From the IMG/VR virus record IMGVR_UViG_3300047319_000798, positions 1-64,000 of that record: a stretch of 64,000 nt of DNA. One strand, 5' to 3'. The stretch comes from a virus. The stretch's first letter is position 1. Each line of letters starts with the position of its first letter. The position numbers and the translations under genes are program-made. The notes under the pieces were generated by a model. That model saw only the letters and a program-made list of their open reading frames with translations. It was not told the DNA's origin and did not search any database. Shown piece by piece: positions 37,114 through 47,324 of the stretch.

Positions 37114-37650
37114 ATGCAGCCCGCCCCCTTTTCCTCAGAAGACCTGACCTCTACCCTGCACAATCCGCGCTGGGCGCTAGCGGGCACGCCCACCGATCTA
37201 TCCCCGATTGCGCTCGATTGTATGCAGTATGGGCAGCCTGGGGTGTTCGTCGCCAGCCCCCAAGACCCCGAACCGCACGGGGTCGCGATCTGGAATGACG
37301 CCAAAGCGGGGGTGTACGGGACAATTGGCCCTTATGTAGCTCCACCGGAAATGGTTCAAGATGCTATGAGCCGGCAGACTCACGAGGTTCAGACTTATCT
37401 GGGCGACCAGATGATGCCCCGGTCCCCGGGTCCAGACCGCCAGATCATCTACACCGAACTGCAGGCGGCGGCGACCACCCAGGGCTATCACCTTTATCAA
37501 ATCCCCAAGCCTTGGAACCGTCCAATAGCAGCAGAGGATCAGGCCTTTTTCGATGCTGGCTTGGCGGCTTACCAGGAAACAATTGACTATCTCAACGCCC
37601 AGATGGCGGGCCGCATCGTCCTGCCTGCGCTCAAGGTAAAGGAGAAGTGA
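37114..37650 (+). CDS. tail fibre assembly-like protein
   Basis: NPRW, ASPQDPEPHG..IW....GVYG.I.PY. Confidence 0.6.
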   Translation: MQPAPFSSEDLTSTLHNPRWALAGTPTDLSPIALDCMQYGQPGVFVASPQDPEPHGVAIWNDAKAGVYGTIGPYVAPPEMVQDAMSRQTHEVQTYLGDQMMPRSPGPDRQIIYTELQAAATTQGYHLYQIPKPWNRPIAAEDQAFFDAGLAAYQETIDYLNAQMAGRIVLPALKVKEK

Positions 37651-37651
37651 C

Positions 37652-37963
37652 ATGGCGGCTCCAGTTGCGGGCGCAAACACCCAGACCCCATCCACCCCGA
37701 AAACAGCAATCACAGCTATCCCCGCCAATCAGGCGGGCGGCTACATCGTCAACCCTTTGAGTGCCACCGATCAGGGGCTAGGGGCGAATGAGGTGCTGTA
37801 TGTCGACCAGGTTGGTCCGGCCAAGACAGCAGCTAATGGCACCACGCTGGCCCTGCAGCCGGGGCAATCCTACACCGTGATCCCGAATACCCTCACCCCG
37901 GTGACCGCCGCGAGCAACTCACCCTCGCACAAGTTCACCGCAGTCTGCTGGCCAAACGCATGA
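37652..37963 (+). CDS. small beta-rich virion protein
   Basis: GGYIVNPLSATDQG...LQPGQ...HKFT, paralogous to domains in 21265 and 34706 proteins. Confidence 0.68.
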   Translation: MAAPVAGANTQTPSTPKTAITAIPANQAGGYIVNPLSATDQGLGANEVLYVDQVGPAKTAANGTTLALQPGQSYTVIPNTLTPVTAASNSPSHKFTAVCWPNA

Positions 37964-38487
37964 AGAATATCTCCACACCTACTGGCCCTGTCGCTCAGCC
38001 CACCGCGTCGCAGACTCAGCAGTCCACCTTTGTTCAGGCGGGGCCGCAAGCTCAACCCGACCCCTGGACAATACAGGGGCCAGCCGTCTATTACGCGCAC
38101 GCGATGGTGATTGGCAGCCCGACTGGTGGGCCGAAAGGCGACGGCACGCTCAACGCTCAGGCGTTCTACGTCAACGGCTCGCTTTATGATCCAACCGTGT
38201 TCGCGCCGCTGGCGGGCGCGATCTTTACCGGGCCAGTGACACTCCACGCCAATCCCGCCCAGCCGCTAGAGGCGGCCACTAAACAGTACGTGGACAGCCA
38301 CATCTCTGCGATACCGCCAACACTTGTTGCCAGCGATACTCCACCGGCGTCACCCTATCCCGGGCAACTGTGGTGGGCTTCCCTTGTCGGCCAGCTATTC
38401 GTTTGGTACTCGGACCCGAATAGCAGCCAGTGGGTGGTCTGCAACAACGCGCTCAACTCGATCAGTCTCGACATGGGCACATACTAA
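37960..38487 (+). CDS. fibre adaptor protein
   Basis: PLEAATKQYVD and DTPP...LWW...QWV modules. Confidence 0.65.
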   Translation: MKNISTPTGPVAQPTASQTQQSTFVQAGPQAQPDPWTIQGPAVYYAHAMVIGSPTGGPKGDGTLNAQAFYVNGSLYDPTVFAPLAGAIFTGPVTLHANPAQPLEAATKQYVDSHISAIPPTLVASDTPPASPYPGQLWWASLVGQLFVWYSDPNSSQWVVCNNALNSISLDMGTY

Positions 38488-39515
38488 TGGCCATCGATTT
38501 CCCTGGTTCGCCCAACGTCGGCGACGCCTTTACATCGGGCACTACCACGTGGACGTGGGACGGGACCAAGTGGGAACCGGCCCCAGCGGGTAATTGGGTC
38601 GAAGCCCCTAGCGACGGGCGAACCTACGCGCGGCGCAATCAGGCCTGGACCCCTAATTCAATTCAAAGCGACGCACCATCAGACGGTCAGAACTATCGCC
38701 GGACTGTATCTGGCGGTATTATGGTGTGGTCTCCTGATCCTATTCCGTATGATGCCCCAGCAGCCATAGGAACGTATTATGGGCGCGTTAACGGGTCGTG
38801 GGGTCCACTGTCGCCCACCTTCGCCCTTCAGTCTTATGTCGACAATCAGGATGCTGCAAATCTTGCCAATGCCAACGCGCTGATTAACGCCATCGCGGTC
38901 CCGATTGGCGGGGTTATTATGTACGGCAGCCCGACCCCACCGGCCCGCTTCCTCAACTGTGATGGCGGCCAATACAGCTATGCCTCAGTTCCGCAGCTCG
39001 CAGCCGTTATCGGCGGCTATTATGGCGGGGATTGGTCAACCTATCTTTTGGTGCCCAATATGGGCGGGCGTTTCCCGTGCTCCACCACTGTCGGCGCGGT
39101 GGGCGGCGCGGGACAGGTCTCACTCGGCGTGGGCAATCTACCGCCACACCAACATTTGGTTCCCTCTCATACCCACGGGTTTTATGACCCCGGCCACAAC
39201 CACGGGCAATCGCCGCATGGCCACGGTATCAGTGACCCCGGTCACGCGCACGGCAACGTCATGCAGGCAAACACCGGCATGTATGCTTTGGGTTCGCCAG
39301 GAGGGGGGTACCATACAGCGGGCAACACTGACTCTCGGGGAACCGGCATCGGTATCGCGGCCCAGTACGCTAACATCAACGCGGCGGGCACCAGCTGCTC
39401 TGTCGCTGCTAATGGCCCTTGGGGCACTGATCCCAGCTGGGGCCAGGGCAGTGCAGCGGCGTTCAACATCTATCCGCCCTATCTTGGCTTCAACTTCATC
39501 ATCAGGTATTACTGA
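38487..39515 (+). CDS. tail collar-domain fibre protein
   Basis: PIGGVIMY...FLNCDG...LAAVIG...VPNM.GRF collar; H-x-H repeats; FNFIIRY. Confidence 0.8.
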   Translation: MAIDFPGSPNVGDAFTSGTTTWTWDGTKWEPAPAGNWVEAPSDGRTYARRNQAWTPNSIQSDAPSDGQNYRRTVSGGIMVWSPDPIPYDAPAAIGTYYGRVNGSWGPLSPTFALQSYVDNQDAANLANANALINAIAVPIGGVIMYGSPTPPARFLNCDGGQYSYASVPQLAAVIGGYYGGDWSTYLLVPNMGGRFPCSTTVGAVGGAGQVSLGVGNLPPHQHLVPSHTHGFYDPGHNHGQSPHGHGISDPGHAHGNVMQANTGMYALGSPGGGYHTAGNTDSRGTGIGIAAQYANINAAGTSCSVAANGPWGTDPSWGQGSAAAFNIYPPYLGFNFIIRYY

Positions 39516-39802
39516 TGGCTATCAACCCAATCCGCTTCCTGCGTAGCATCATCTCGGGTGTCCGTCCGTCATCGGCAAAGCTCGACGGTGAGCCTTATGT
39601 GAACTTCGCAGATAACCAGCTCGGCGTCATGCTCGGTGGCACTCCGGTGGACATGCTAGGGGTCACGATCTTTTCCACCACCGCCTCTTATCCGGCGCGC
39701 GTGACCGTGGTCTATCAGGGCACACTCTATCAATCACTAGGCGCGGTGCCTCCGGGCGCGTGGAACGCGACGCAATGGACTAAGTACACGACAGCCGCAT
39801 GA
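39515..39802 (+). CDS. small virion protein, possible CBM5/12-like C-terminus
   Basis: GEP.VN.AD; Y....VVYQGTLYQ...W. Confidence 0.55.
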   Translation: MAINPIRFLRSIISGVRPSSAKLDGEPYVNFADNQLGVMLGGTPVDMLGVTIFSTTASYPARVTVVYQGTLYQSLGAVPPGAWNATQWTKYTTAA

Positions 39803-41538
39803 GCGTCATTCCATACGAATGTGCCGTTGGCGATGCGGTGCCGGTTACACTTCCGGTCGCATCAACAACTGCGATTGCGCCGACCGATGACTCGGTCGAC
39901 ACCAATGATGTTGTCATCAGCGGCACCGGAACTATCAACTCGCTCGGCGTCGGCCCAGCAGGTGTGCCGCTCACCAAGCGGGTGTGGTTTCAGCCGTTTG
40001 GCGGCTCGATCACCCTGGTTAACAGCGCCAGTCTGAACCTTCTGGGCAACGCCAATCATATAACAAGTAATCCAATCATTGCGGAATATTACTGGGACGG
40101 GATATCGCGGTGGATTGAGCGTAATTTTACGGACTCCACTGTTGGCCCGGGTCAGGGCGGCGGACCCGTGGGACCACAAGGGCCGCAAGGAATACCGGGA
40201 ACACCCGGAGCCACCGGCCCGCAAGGGGCAAAGGGCGATACCGGGGCGACGGGCCTAACCGGGCCGCAGGGGTCACAGGGAGTGCCCGGCTCAATTGGCC
40301 CTGTAGGCGCGACAGGCCCCGGCTATCAAGTCATCGGCTTTCCTGCCTCGCACGCTATCGGCATTGGGCCGACCACATTTGCTATCGGGACTGGCTTCGC
40401 CTACAGCTTAGGGTGTCGCGCCCGCGCCAGCGCAACAACGACCACGTGGATGGAGGGCGAGGTCACTTCGTATGTTGGCGGTGTATTGACCATCGCCATG
40501 GATAATATTAGCGGCAGCGGTACGTACAGCAGCTGGAATATTAACCTGGCGGGCGAGATAGGCGTTATCGGGCCAACGGGTCCGCAAGGCGTGGTTGGAC
40601 CCATTGGCCCGCAAGGCACTCAAGGTATCCAAGGCATTCAAGGTAATGTGGGGCCGGTGGGGCCGGTGGGGCCGGTGGGGCCGATTGGCCCCGGTATCGT
40701 GTTTAAGGGTTCAGTACCAACTTATGCCAGTCTGCCAACCACTGGTAACAATACCGGGGATATGTGGATTACTGCCGACACCGGCAGAGGCTACGTGTGG
40801 GAGAATGGGGCATGGGTTGACGCGGGGGAGATCCAAGGGCCGCAGGGTGTGCAGGGGCCGCAGGGTGTGCAGGGGGCGCAGGGTCTAACTGGGGCGACAG
40901 GGGCGCAGGGCTTGACCGGGCCATCGGGTCTGATAGCCGAAGCGCCGACAGACGGCCAGCTTTACACGCGGCGCGGCGTCGATGCGTCGTGGCAACCGGC
41001 ACCGGGCGTCTCGATTAGAGACACGCCTCCGACATCGGCCAAATCTGGTGACCTATGGTGGGATAGTGTTGGCGGTCAGCTCTACATTTATTTCATTGAT
41101 CCGAATACCTCGCAGTGGGTCACCGCCATAAACAACACCGGCGGGCAGGGTCCGCAAGGCACGCAGGGTATTCAGGGCATACAGGGCATACAGGGGCCGA
41201 CCGGCGCAACCGGGCCACAGGGTATTCAAGGCCCGCAAGGCATCATGGCCGAAGCGCCCACCGATGGTAATGCTTATTTTCGGGCCTCAAGCGGGTGGAC
41301 AAGCGGCGGCAAGATCAGCGGCCCTCTGACGCCGTCCGCGAATGGCACAATCAATCTCGGCTCAGCCGCGCTGCGCTGGGGTACGGTGTACACGTCTGAC
41401 TTGAGCCTCAACAATGGCATCGGCGACTGGACTATCGTGGAGGGTGAGGATGACCTGTTCCTCTACAACAATAAGAAGGGCAAGACCTACAAGTTCGCGC
41501 TGATTGAGGTCGATAACGCACCGCCAAAGAAGGTCTGA
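39799..41538 (+). CDS. collagen-like tail fibre protein
   Basis: Four G-X-Y blocks; C-terminal GDWTIVEGEDDLFLYNNKKGKTYKF. Confidence 0.82.
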   Translation: MSVIPYECAVGDAVPVTLPVASTTAIAPTDDSVDTNDVVISGTGTINSLGVGPAGVPLTKRVWFQPFGGSITLVNSASLNLLGNANHITSNPIIAEYYWDGISRWIERNFTDSTVGPGQGGGPVGPQGPQGIPGTPGATGPQGAKGDTGATGLTGPQGSQGVPGSIGPVGATGPGYQVIGFPASHAIGIGPTTFAIGTGFAYSLGCRARASATTTTWMEGEVTSYVGGVLTIAMDNISGSGTYSSWNINLAGEIGVIGPTGPQGVVGPIGPQGTQGIQGIQGNVGPVGPVGPVGPIGPGIVFKGSVPTYASLPTTGNNTGDMWITADTGRGYVWENGAWVDAGEIQGPQGVQGPQGVQGAQGLTGATGAQGLTGPSGLIAEAPTDGQLYTRRGVDASWQPAPGVSIRDTPPTSAKSGDLWWDSVGGQLYIYFIDPNTSQWVTAINNTGGQGPQGTQGIQGIQGIQGPTGATGPQGIQGPQGIMAEAPTDGNAYFRASSGWTSGGKISGPLTPSANGTINLGSAALRWGTVYTSDLSLNNGIGDWTIVEGEDDLFLYNNKKGKTYKFALIEVDNAPPKKV

Positions 41539-41540
41539 CC

Positions 41541-42086
41541 ATGGGCATCGACATCGGCGGTGCAACCATCATCCAATCGGGCGGCGGCGCTGTGCTCAAT
41601 ACCGCGCTGGCCTTCAACTCGCTCGGCCAGGGGGCCGCGAACCCTTACTGCGGCTACTCAGGTTGGAAGACCGGCGGCTCGACTTACTACTCGGGTGGTT
41701 CGGGTTGGGAGATCAACGCCGTCACCTGGAACTCGGGTCTGACTCTTGGGAATGGTGTCTTCACCTGTCCGGTCGCGGGCCTCTACGCTATGGGCTACAA
41801 CGGCATCCACCGGGGCGGCTCCGGCATCCCGGCGGGCTACAATACCTATGGCTATTGCGGCTTCGCCAAGAACGGCGCGCTGTCCTACTTCGCGCATTGG
41901 AATCAAGGCACCAATACCTACTGGAACACGGGAGGCGTCTCGGCGCTATTTCAATGTGCGGCCGGAGACTGGCTGGCGCTGTTCATCAATCAGTCTCCCG
42001 TTAGTAATGGGCCAGATGTCTATTCGCAGAATTATGGGCTGTACCCGGATCAGCACCATTGCGTCTGGTGTAAGCTGGTGGGTTGA
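41541..42086 (+). CDS. C1q-like domain protein A
   Basis: NGVFTCPVAGLY signature. Confidence 0.78.
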   Translation: MGIDIGGATIIQSGGGAVLNTALAFNSLGQGAANPYCGYSGWKTGGSTYYSGGSGWEINAVTWNSGLTLGNGVFTCPVAGLYAMGYNGIHRGGSGIPAGYNTYGYCGFAKNGALSYFAHWNQGTNTYWNTGGVSALFQCAAGDWLALFINQSPVSNGPDVYSQNYGLYPDQHHCVWCKLVG

Positions 42087-42089
42087 CCG

Positions 42090-42596
42090 ATGGGCTTCGA
42101 TGTCGGCGGCATAGCGTTTACCGCATCCGGCGGTGTTCTGGCGGTGGATGGCGCGTCCACCTTTATGCGGGTGACGGCTAGCGGTATCCTGACGCGACCA
42201 CAGACGCCTTGGATGCGCGGCCAGTTCAACGGTCAGGGCAATCCCTACAACGGCAACGGCGGGCCATTGCTAATCCCCGCTGACGACAATGTTGGCGGTT
42301 GCTGGAACAGCGCCACTGGTTATTGGACCTGTCCGGTGGCGGGATATTACATGGTGACCGGCGCGGGCATCGCTGCCACGCAAGCCGGTTATCTCTACAT
42401 CAACAAGAACGGGGCCACCGTGCATTACACGCACTGGAATCACACAGCCGCCTGGCACTATACGTCGATTTCCGATATCGTATTATGCGCGGCGGGAGAC
42501 AATATCAGCTACACCATAGGAGGGCTCACGCCAGCCACCACCGGCTTTTATGGCGGCGGCGGCCATGGCATGTACTCGATAGCGTTGATGGCCTGA
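42090..42596 (+). CDS. C1q-like domain protein B
   Basis: NVGGCWNSATGYWTCPVAGYY...KNG...AGD. Confidence 0.78.
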   Translation: MGFDVGGIAFTASGGVLAVDGASTFMRVTASGILTRPQTPWMRGQFNGQGNPYNGNGGPLLIPADDNVGGCWNSATGYWTCPVAGYYMVTGAGIAATQAGYLYINKNGATVHYTHWNHTAAWHYTSISDIVLCAAGDNISYTIGGLTPATTGFYGGGGHGMYSIALMA

Positions 42597-42597
42597 C

Positions 42598-43107
42598 ATG
42601 CCGATAGACATTAACGGCTACGCGCTGGCGAACTCTTCCGGCCTCAAGTTCGGCGCGTCCAATACCAAGATCGTTGCCGCGAACTACGGCATCAGCGACC
42701 CAATGCTGCCCGGGATGTTGGGCTCGGTAACGGACGGCAGTGGCGCTTACAAGTGCTATCCGTTTCCGCTCAACGACGTGAACCTTAATAACGGGTCGCC
42801 ATGGTCATCCTACAGGTTCACCTGTCCGGTCGCTGGCATCTACTACATCTCGTATGCCGGCATCGTCGGCACCGGGGTTTCGATGGGTGGCTATTTCGGC
42901 ATCATCGTTAACGGCGCTCTTTGGTATTTCTCGTATCGCGACAGCAACGCTCCGTGGGAGCTTCATCATATCGAGATGCAGCTCAAGCTGTCCGCCGGGG
43001 ATTACATCGAGTGGGCGATGAACATCGCGCCCGGGCCGGACTCCAGCACGGCGGGCGGCGCGTATCGGGCCAACCACAATCACTGTACCATCTGGCTGAT
43101 CGGGTAG
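42598..43107 (+). CDS. C1q-like domain protein C
   Basis: RFTCPVAGIYYIS...VNG...LSAGD. Confidence 0.78.
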   Translation: MPIDINGYALANSSGLKFGASNTKIVAANYGISDPMLPGMLGSVTDGSGAYKCYPFPLNDVNLNNGSPWSSYRFTCPVAGIYYISYAGIVGTGVSMGGYFGIIVNGALWYFSYRDSNAPWELHHIEMQLKLSAGDYIEWAMNIAPGPDSSTAGGAYRANHNHCTIWLIG

Positions 43108-43116
43108 GAAAAACAC

Positions 43117-43380
43117 ATGGCGGTCTATACGATCACGTTGACAGACGTTGAACAGAGGGCGATGGAATATGTCGCTACCGATGTCAACTTTTGGATCCAG
43201 AACGCGGTGCATGAGCGGGCGCGGCTAGCTATGGAGGAGCTTGTAGCCAACCACATCGCTGCGAAGCTTGCTGCTGGCGCGACGATTTCCGGCACCAAGG
43301 AAGAGATTGTGATGAAGTCTGATCTGCCCAATGCCCAAGCGAGAAGCGATGCTGTTGCTAGGATGGCTGTGCTTCCGTGA
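43117..43380 (+). CDS. small helical protein, possible fibre chaperone
   Basis: YTITLTD.E..A.EY...WIQNA..RAR.A; follows C1q genes. Confidence 0.6.
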   Translation: MAVYTITLTDVEQRAMEYVATDVNFWIQNAVHERARLAMEELVANHIAAKLAAGATISGTKEEIVMKSDLPNAQARSDAVARMAVLP

Positions 43381-44762
43381 TTGACTTTCCGGCCAATCCC
43401 ACACCGGGTCAGATATTCGTTAGCCAAGGCATCACGTGGCGCTGGGACGGCACCAAATGGGCAATGGCGGGTTCCACCCCAATCAACTTTGGGGATACAC
43501 CGCCACCTAATCCCGTCGCTGGGACGCTCTGGTGGGACACGGTCAGCGCCAACCTGTTCATCTGGTATAATGACGGTAACACCGCCCAATGGGTGACCAG
43601 TAACAATGTCGGCGGGGCCGGACCGCAGGGGATACAGGGCATACAGGGGATACAGGGCGTCACCGGGCCGATAGGACCGCAAGGTGTAATCGGGCCGCAG
43701 GGGCCGATAGGGCTGACCGGGCCGCAGGGTAATCAGGGTGACCCGGGGCCGACAGGAGCTACAGGGCCGGTTGCCCCGAGCGCGATTGGCGACAACAGAA
43801 TTATCAACGGAGACATGCGGGTCGATCAACGCAATGGCACAGGAAGGAACTATCAGGCCTCGTGCTATGTCGTTGACCGATGGTGGTTTCAGGCCTCAAC
43901 AGCCGCGTTGATGCAGTTCAACGGAGTGGTTGCCGGGCCAGCCGGGTTTCCCAATGCCCTTCAGTTTCAATCGCTGTCGGCGCATACGATTGTTGCTGCC
44001 GATCAGTTTAGCGTCTCCACTTATCTGGAAGGCGACTCGATCAGCGATTTCAATTTTGGCGTAGCGGCGGCGGCGACGGTCACGTTGTCGTTCTGGGCGC
44101 GGTCAAGCAAGACCGGCAGCTTTAGCGGCGCGCTTGTTAATAATGGCTCGACCCGATCCTACCCGTTCTCGTTCTCCCTGCCGACAGCGAACACCTGGAC
44201 GGCAATCTCAGTCACCATCGTCGGCGACAAGGCTGGCACTTGGACGATGAGTGGTAATAGTTGGCAGCTTGCCGTTGTCTTCGATCTTGGATGCGGCACC
44301 ACCTATCGCGCGGCGGCTGCCGCATGGCGCGCGGGTAATTACGCTGGCGTCACCGGCGCGCAGACCCTCACCAATACGCTCAACGCGACCTTCAGCGTCA
44401 CTGGGGTCAAGCTGGAGATGGGTTCAACCGCCACCACGTTCAACCGCTATTCGATGGCGAAGTGCCTGGCCGACTGTCAACGGTATTACACGAAGATGGG
44501 CGGCGACGCCAGTTGGGCCATTCTTATTCAAGGGTACGTTGACGCAAACAACCAACATTCAAGCACAGTCACGTTGCCGGTCACAATGCGCGCGCCGCCG
44601 GTTTTGACCCAATACGGATGTAACATCGGCAGCAACACCGTGGGGTTTTATCTCGGTACGACATCGTTCGGGGTGCAGCTGATCGCCAGCCCATCGAGCT
44701 TTGCCGGAACTGGAACCTTCGGCACCAGCGGCGGCTTCATCACGCTCGACGCGGAATATTGA
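43377..44762 (+). CDS. collagen-like fibre with carbohydrate-binding-like domain
   Basis: G-X-Y run; [40 protein letters not shown]. Confidence 0.8.
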   Translation: MIDFPANPTPGQIFVSQGITWRWDGTKWAMAGSTPINFGDTPPPNPVAGTLWWDTVSANLFIWYNDGNTAQWVTSNNVGGAGPQGIQGIQGIQGVTGPIGPQGVIGPQGPIGLTGPQGNQGDPGPTGATGPVAPSAIGDNRIINGDMRVDQRNGTGRNYQASCYVVDRWWFQASTAALMQFNGVVAGPAGFPNALQFQSLSAHTIVAADQFSVSTYLEGDSISDFNFGVAAAATVTLSFWARSSKTGSFSGALVNNGSTRSYPFSFSLPTANTWTAISVTIVGDKAGTWTMSGNSWQLAVVFDLGCGTTYRAAAAAWRAGNYAGVTGAQTLTNTLNATFSVTGVKLEMGSTATTFNRYSMAKCLADCQRYYTKMGGDASWAILIQGYVDANNQHSSTVTLPVTMRAPPVLTQYGCNIGSNTVGFYLGTTSFGVQLIASPSSFAGTGTFGTSGGFITLDAEY

Positions 44763-45649
44763 TGATCGACTTCCCGGCCAACCCAACCCTCAGCCAGGTG
44801 TTCACCGTCGCGGGTAACTCGTGGATGTGGGACGGCGTCAAGTGGGTGGCGATTGGCCCGGGGCCTTTCCTGCCGCTAGCGGGCGGCACTATGGCTCCGG
44901 GGTCGCACCTGATCCTGGCCGCTGATCCGGTTCAGCCGCTAGAGGCGACAACCAAGCAATACACCGACACACAGGCCCTGCGGGATAGCCTGCCGGTTGG
45001 TGGCGTCATTATCTGGGTCGCAGACAGTACTTTTGGCGGCTCGGCTAGTGCGCCGCCGTGGAACTACGTTGTGTGCAACGGGGCCTATTACGCCGCCACC
45101 GACATGCCGTTGTTGTTCAACGTGCTACAAGGCGCGTATGGATGGGACGGCACTAACTTCGCCGTGCCCAATCTGCTCGACCAAGCCGTGGTCGGCGCTG
45201 GCGGTTCCTGGGGCATTAACGCGAAGCTCGGCGAGTACAATCACACCACGACCGCGAATGAGATGCCGGCGCACGCCCATAGCATCGCGGACCCGACGCA
45301 CGCTCACAGCCTCTATGATCCTGCCCACACGCACGGCATTGGCGACCCGGGTCACAACCATGGGTTCCCCGACCCCGGCCACATTCATGGCAACGTCATG
45401 CAGGCGGCCACCGGCTATTATTCGCTGGCCGCCACGGGCGCTCTGCATACGGCGGGTCAGACTGACTTGCGCGGCACCGGGCGAACCATTCAAGCCGCTG
45501 GCGTCGGTGTCTGGACTGGCGCTGCTGGCACCAGCATGGGGGTCTATGGCGCGGGGACAGGGATTGGGATTTATAACGCGGGCGGCGGGGCGGCGCATAA
45601 CAATATACAACCCTCCACAGCTATGTACTACATCATAAGGTACGCATGA
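44759..45649 (+). CDS. second tail collar-domain fibre protein
   Basis: PVGGVIIW...CNG...LF.VL..YG...FAVPNL; DPxHxH repeats; AHNNIQP...YYIIR. Confidence 0.8.
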   Translation: MMIDFPANPTLSQVFTVAGNSWMWDGVKWVAIGPGPFLPLAGGTMAPGSHLILAADPVQPLEATTKQYTDTQALRDSLPVGGVIIWVADSTFGGSASAPPWNYVVCNGAYYAATDMPLLFNVLQGAYGWDGTNFAVPNLLDQAVVGAGGSWGINAKLGEYNHTTTANEMPAHAHSIADPTHAHSLYDPAHTHGIGDPGHNHGFPDPGHIHGNVMQAATGYYSLAATGALHTAGQTDLRGTGRTIQAAGVGVWTGAAGTSMGVYGAGTGIGIYNAGGGAAHNNIQPSTAMYYIIRYA

Positions 45650-45650
45650 C

Positions 45651-46016
45651 ATGGCTCTTGACAAAGACGGGCGTCCAATTCCAGCCTATATTCCACCGCC
45701 ACCCAACCGCGACCCGCCACCCGACGCGATGCTGGAACAGTTTCGGATCATGGCGGAAAAGACCGACTCCGCCATACGCCAGTGCGCCGATCTGTCGCTG
45801 CGCATTGTCGAGCTGGAGAAGAATGGCGGTGATCGATTGAACGCTGGCTTGATCGATATTGGCAAACGGTTCGATACCATGATGGTGGAGCGAATCAGGG
45901 AGTTTGAGCGACGCTATGAGACGCTGACGGCTACTGTTGCCGCCTTCACTGAAGCCCCAGCCCCTCATTTCGGACCTGAGCCGCACCATCATCCGCCCGC
46001 GCCGGTGAAGCGATAG
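45651..46016 (+). CDS. coiled-coil hypothetical protein, last gene of late operon
   Basis: Follows fibre gene by 1 nt. Confidence 0.55.
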   Translation: MALDKDGRPIPAYIPPPPNRDPPPDAMLEQFRIMAEKTDSAIRQCADLSLRIVELEKNGGDRLNAGLIDIGKRFDTMMVERIREFERRYETLTATVAAFTEAPAPHFGPEPHHHPPAPVKR

Positions 46017-46394
46017 GAATGGCGAGGAGCACCGAGGAGCATGGGGATGGGTCGGTCCTGTAGGGCTATGCAGCTGAGGTGTATCTCGACAGTCTCCGGT
46101 GCGGAGCGGGAAGGCGGACGGCGGGGGTTTGCTATCCGCCTCCCCTACGCTAGCTGAATCCGGCGGCGGGGAACCGCCTTAATACGCCCAGCCAGCGATT
46201 CAGCACCCTACTGCGGACTGGCGGCTGATTTAAGGCGATGGACCCCTACAGCCGCCCGCTCAGGACATCCTTGATCATCTTGTACAGCCCCACCCCGACA
46301 AAAATTGTGCCGGGCCATGACAAGATGGCATACCCGGCATCCAAGTGGAGAACATGGCGGGAGAACACCGCCATGATCAGAGCGGCTAGGCCGA

Positions 46395-47219
46395 TTACGA
46401 TGTAGTCAATCGTGCCCCACGACCGGAACGGCCCCGATAGAGCGCGCCAAGCGCCATCAAGCCAAAGCCGGAAAGGAGCATGACCCACGTTGAAGCCTCC
46501 GGCACTGGCGGTCCCGATAGTGTGTTGATAATGCCGGCGTTAGTCCACGAGGTATCAAACGCCGTGATATTGAGGTTGCCCTGGTGGTCGAACGACAGGT
46601 CCACCGCAACCGGGGCGATGATGGTTCCCAGTGCGAACGAGCCATTCACAGTGAGGAAGTCGGCGTCACTGTTGAAGCCACCTCCCGGCACGTTGAACGA
46701 CGCCTCCTCAATCTGGAACGCATTGGGTAAGGCAAATCCTTCCTTCGTGTATTCAGCGAGGAAGTTGGTGAAGCTCAAGCTGCCGCCGCCGATACCCAGC
46801 TGCTTGCCAAAGTCCTGACCGGCGATGAGCGTGCCGAGCAGCGCGCCGTCGAATAGACCATTGTTCAGATCAAGCACACGCGGCGCAATGTCCACCGATG
46901 TCGGACCGATGGTGAACGCCCCAAGCGGACCAACGCCAGTCGCTCCGCTGATGGTTGGTAAGGCCGTGCCCAGCGCCGAGATGAAGTAAACCCGGATAGG
47001 GTCATTGATGCTCTTGTTGCCAACCTCTGTGATGGTGAAGGTGTTGGCGTCGTTGAGCAGCACTGGATCGGAGCCGGTCGCGCCGGGTGACGTGACGTGG
47101 AGTGACGTTGGATCGCAGAACGTACCACCGCCCGGAAGCGGGGTGCAGTCTGTAGCCTGGGCGTAAGCCGGTGCGGCGAAGGCGAAAGCCATCACCGTAG
47201 AGAGTAAGAACTTTTTCAT
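46395..47219 (-). CDS. PEP-CTERM (PEPxxWA-type) protein
   Basis: Signal peptide MKKFLL...AYA; C-terminal VPEASTWVMLLSGFGLM + TM + Arg cluster. Confidence 0.88.
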   Translation of the reverse strand: MKKFLLSTVMAFAFAAPAYAQATDCTPLPGGGTFCDPTSLHVTSPGATGSDPVLLNDANTFTITEVGNKSINDPIRVYFISALGTALPTISGATGVGPLGAFTIGPTSVDIAPRVLDLNNGLFDGALLGTLIAGQDFGKQLGIGGGSLSFTNFLAEYTKEGFALPNAFQIEEASFNVPGGGFNSDADFLTVNGSFALGTIIAPVAVDLSFDHQGNLNITAFDTSWTNAGIINTLSGPPVPEASTWVMLLSGFGLMALGALYRGRSGRGARLTTS

Positions 47220-47324
47220 GTTGGGTATGATCCCCGGTTAGAGAGTGGGGGGCTATTCTCCCCCCTTGGGCCAGATGCTTGCCTTTCGCGCCATGCTCGC
47301 CCGCTTGCGCGGGTCCGCATTCCT

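Noticed and set aside
40560-41240. CRISPR-like or tandem DNA repeats (GGGCCGGTG x3, CAGGGCATA)
   Set aside because: In-frame collagen G-X-Y codons with no spacers and no cas genes.
39170-45500. Diversity-generating retroelement (similar His-repeat segments in two collar genes; C1q paralogues)
   Set aside because: No reverse transcriptase in the window; differences are not adenine-restricted and fit ordinary paralogy.
46174-46237. Twister or hammerhead ribozyme
   Set aside because: CCGCCTTAA start is superficially twister-like but the other conserved core nucleotides were not found; kept only as a generic structured element.
46246-46488. Minus-strand membrane ORF after the PEP-CTERM gene
   Set aside because: Plausible TM segments but no convincing start; overlaps the PEP-CTERM tail by 94 nt.
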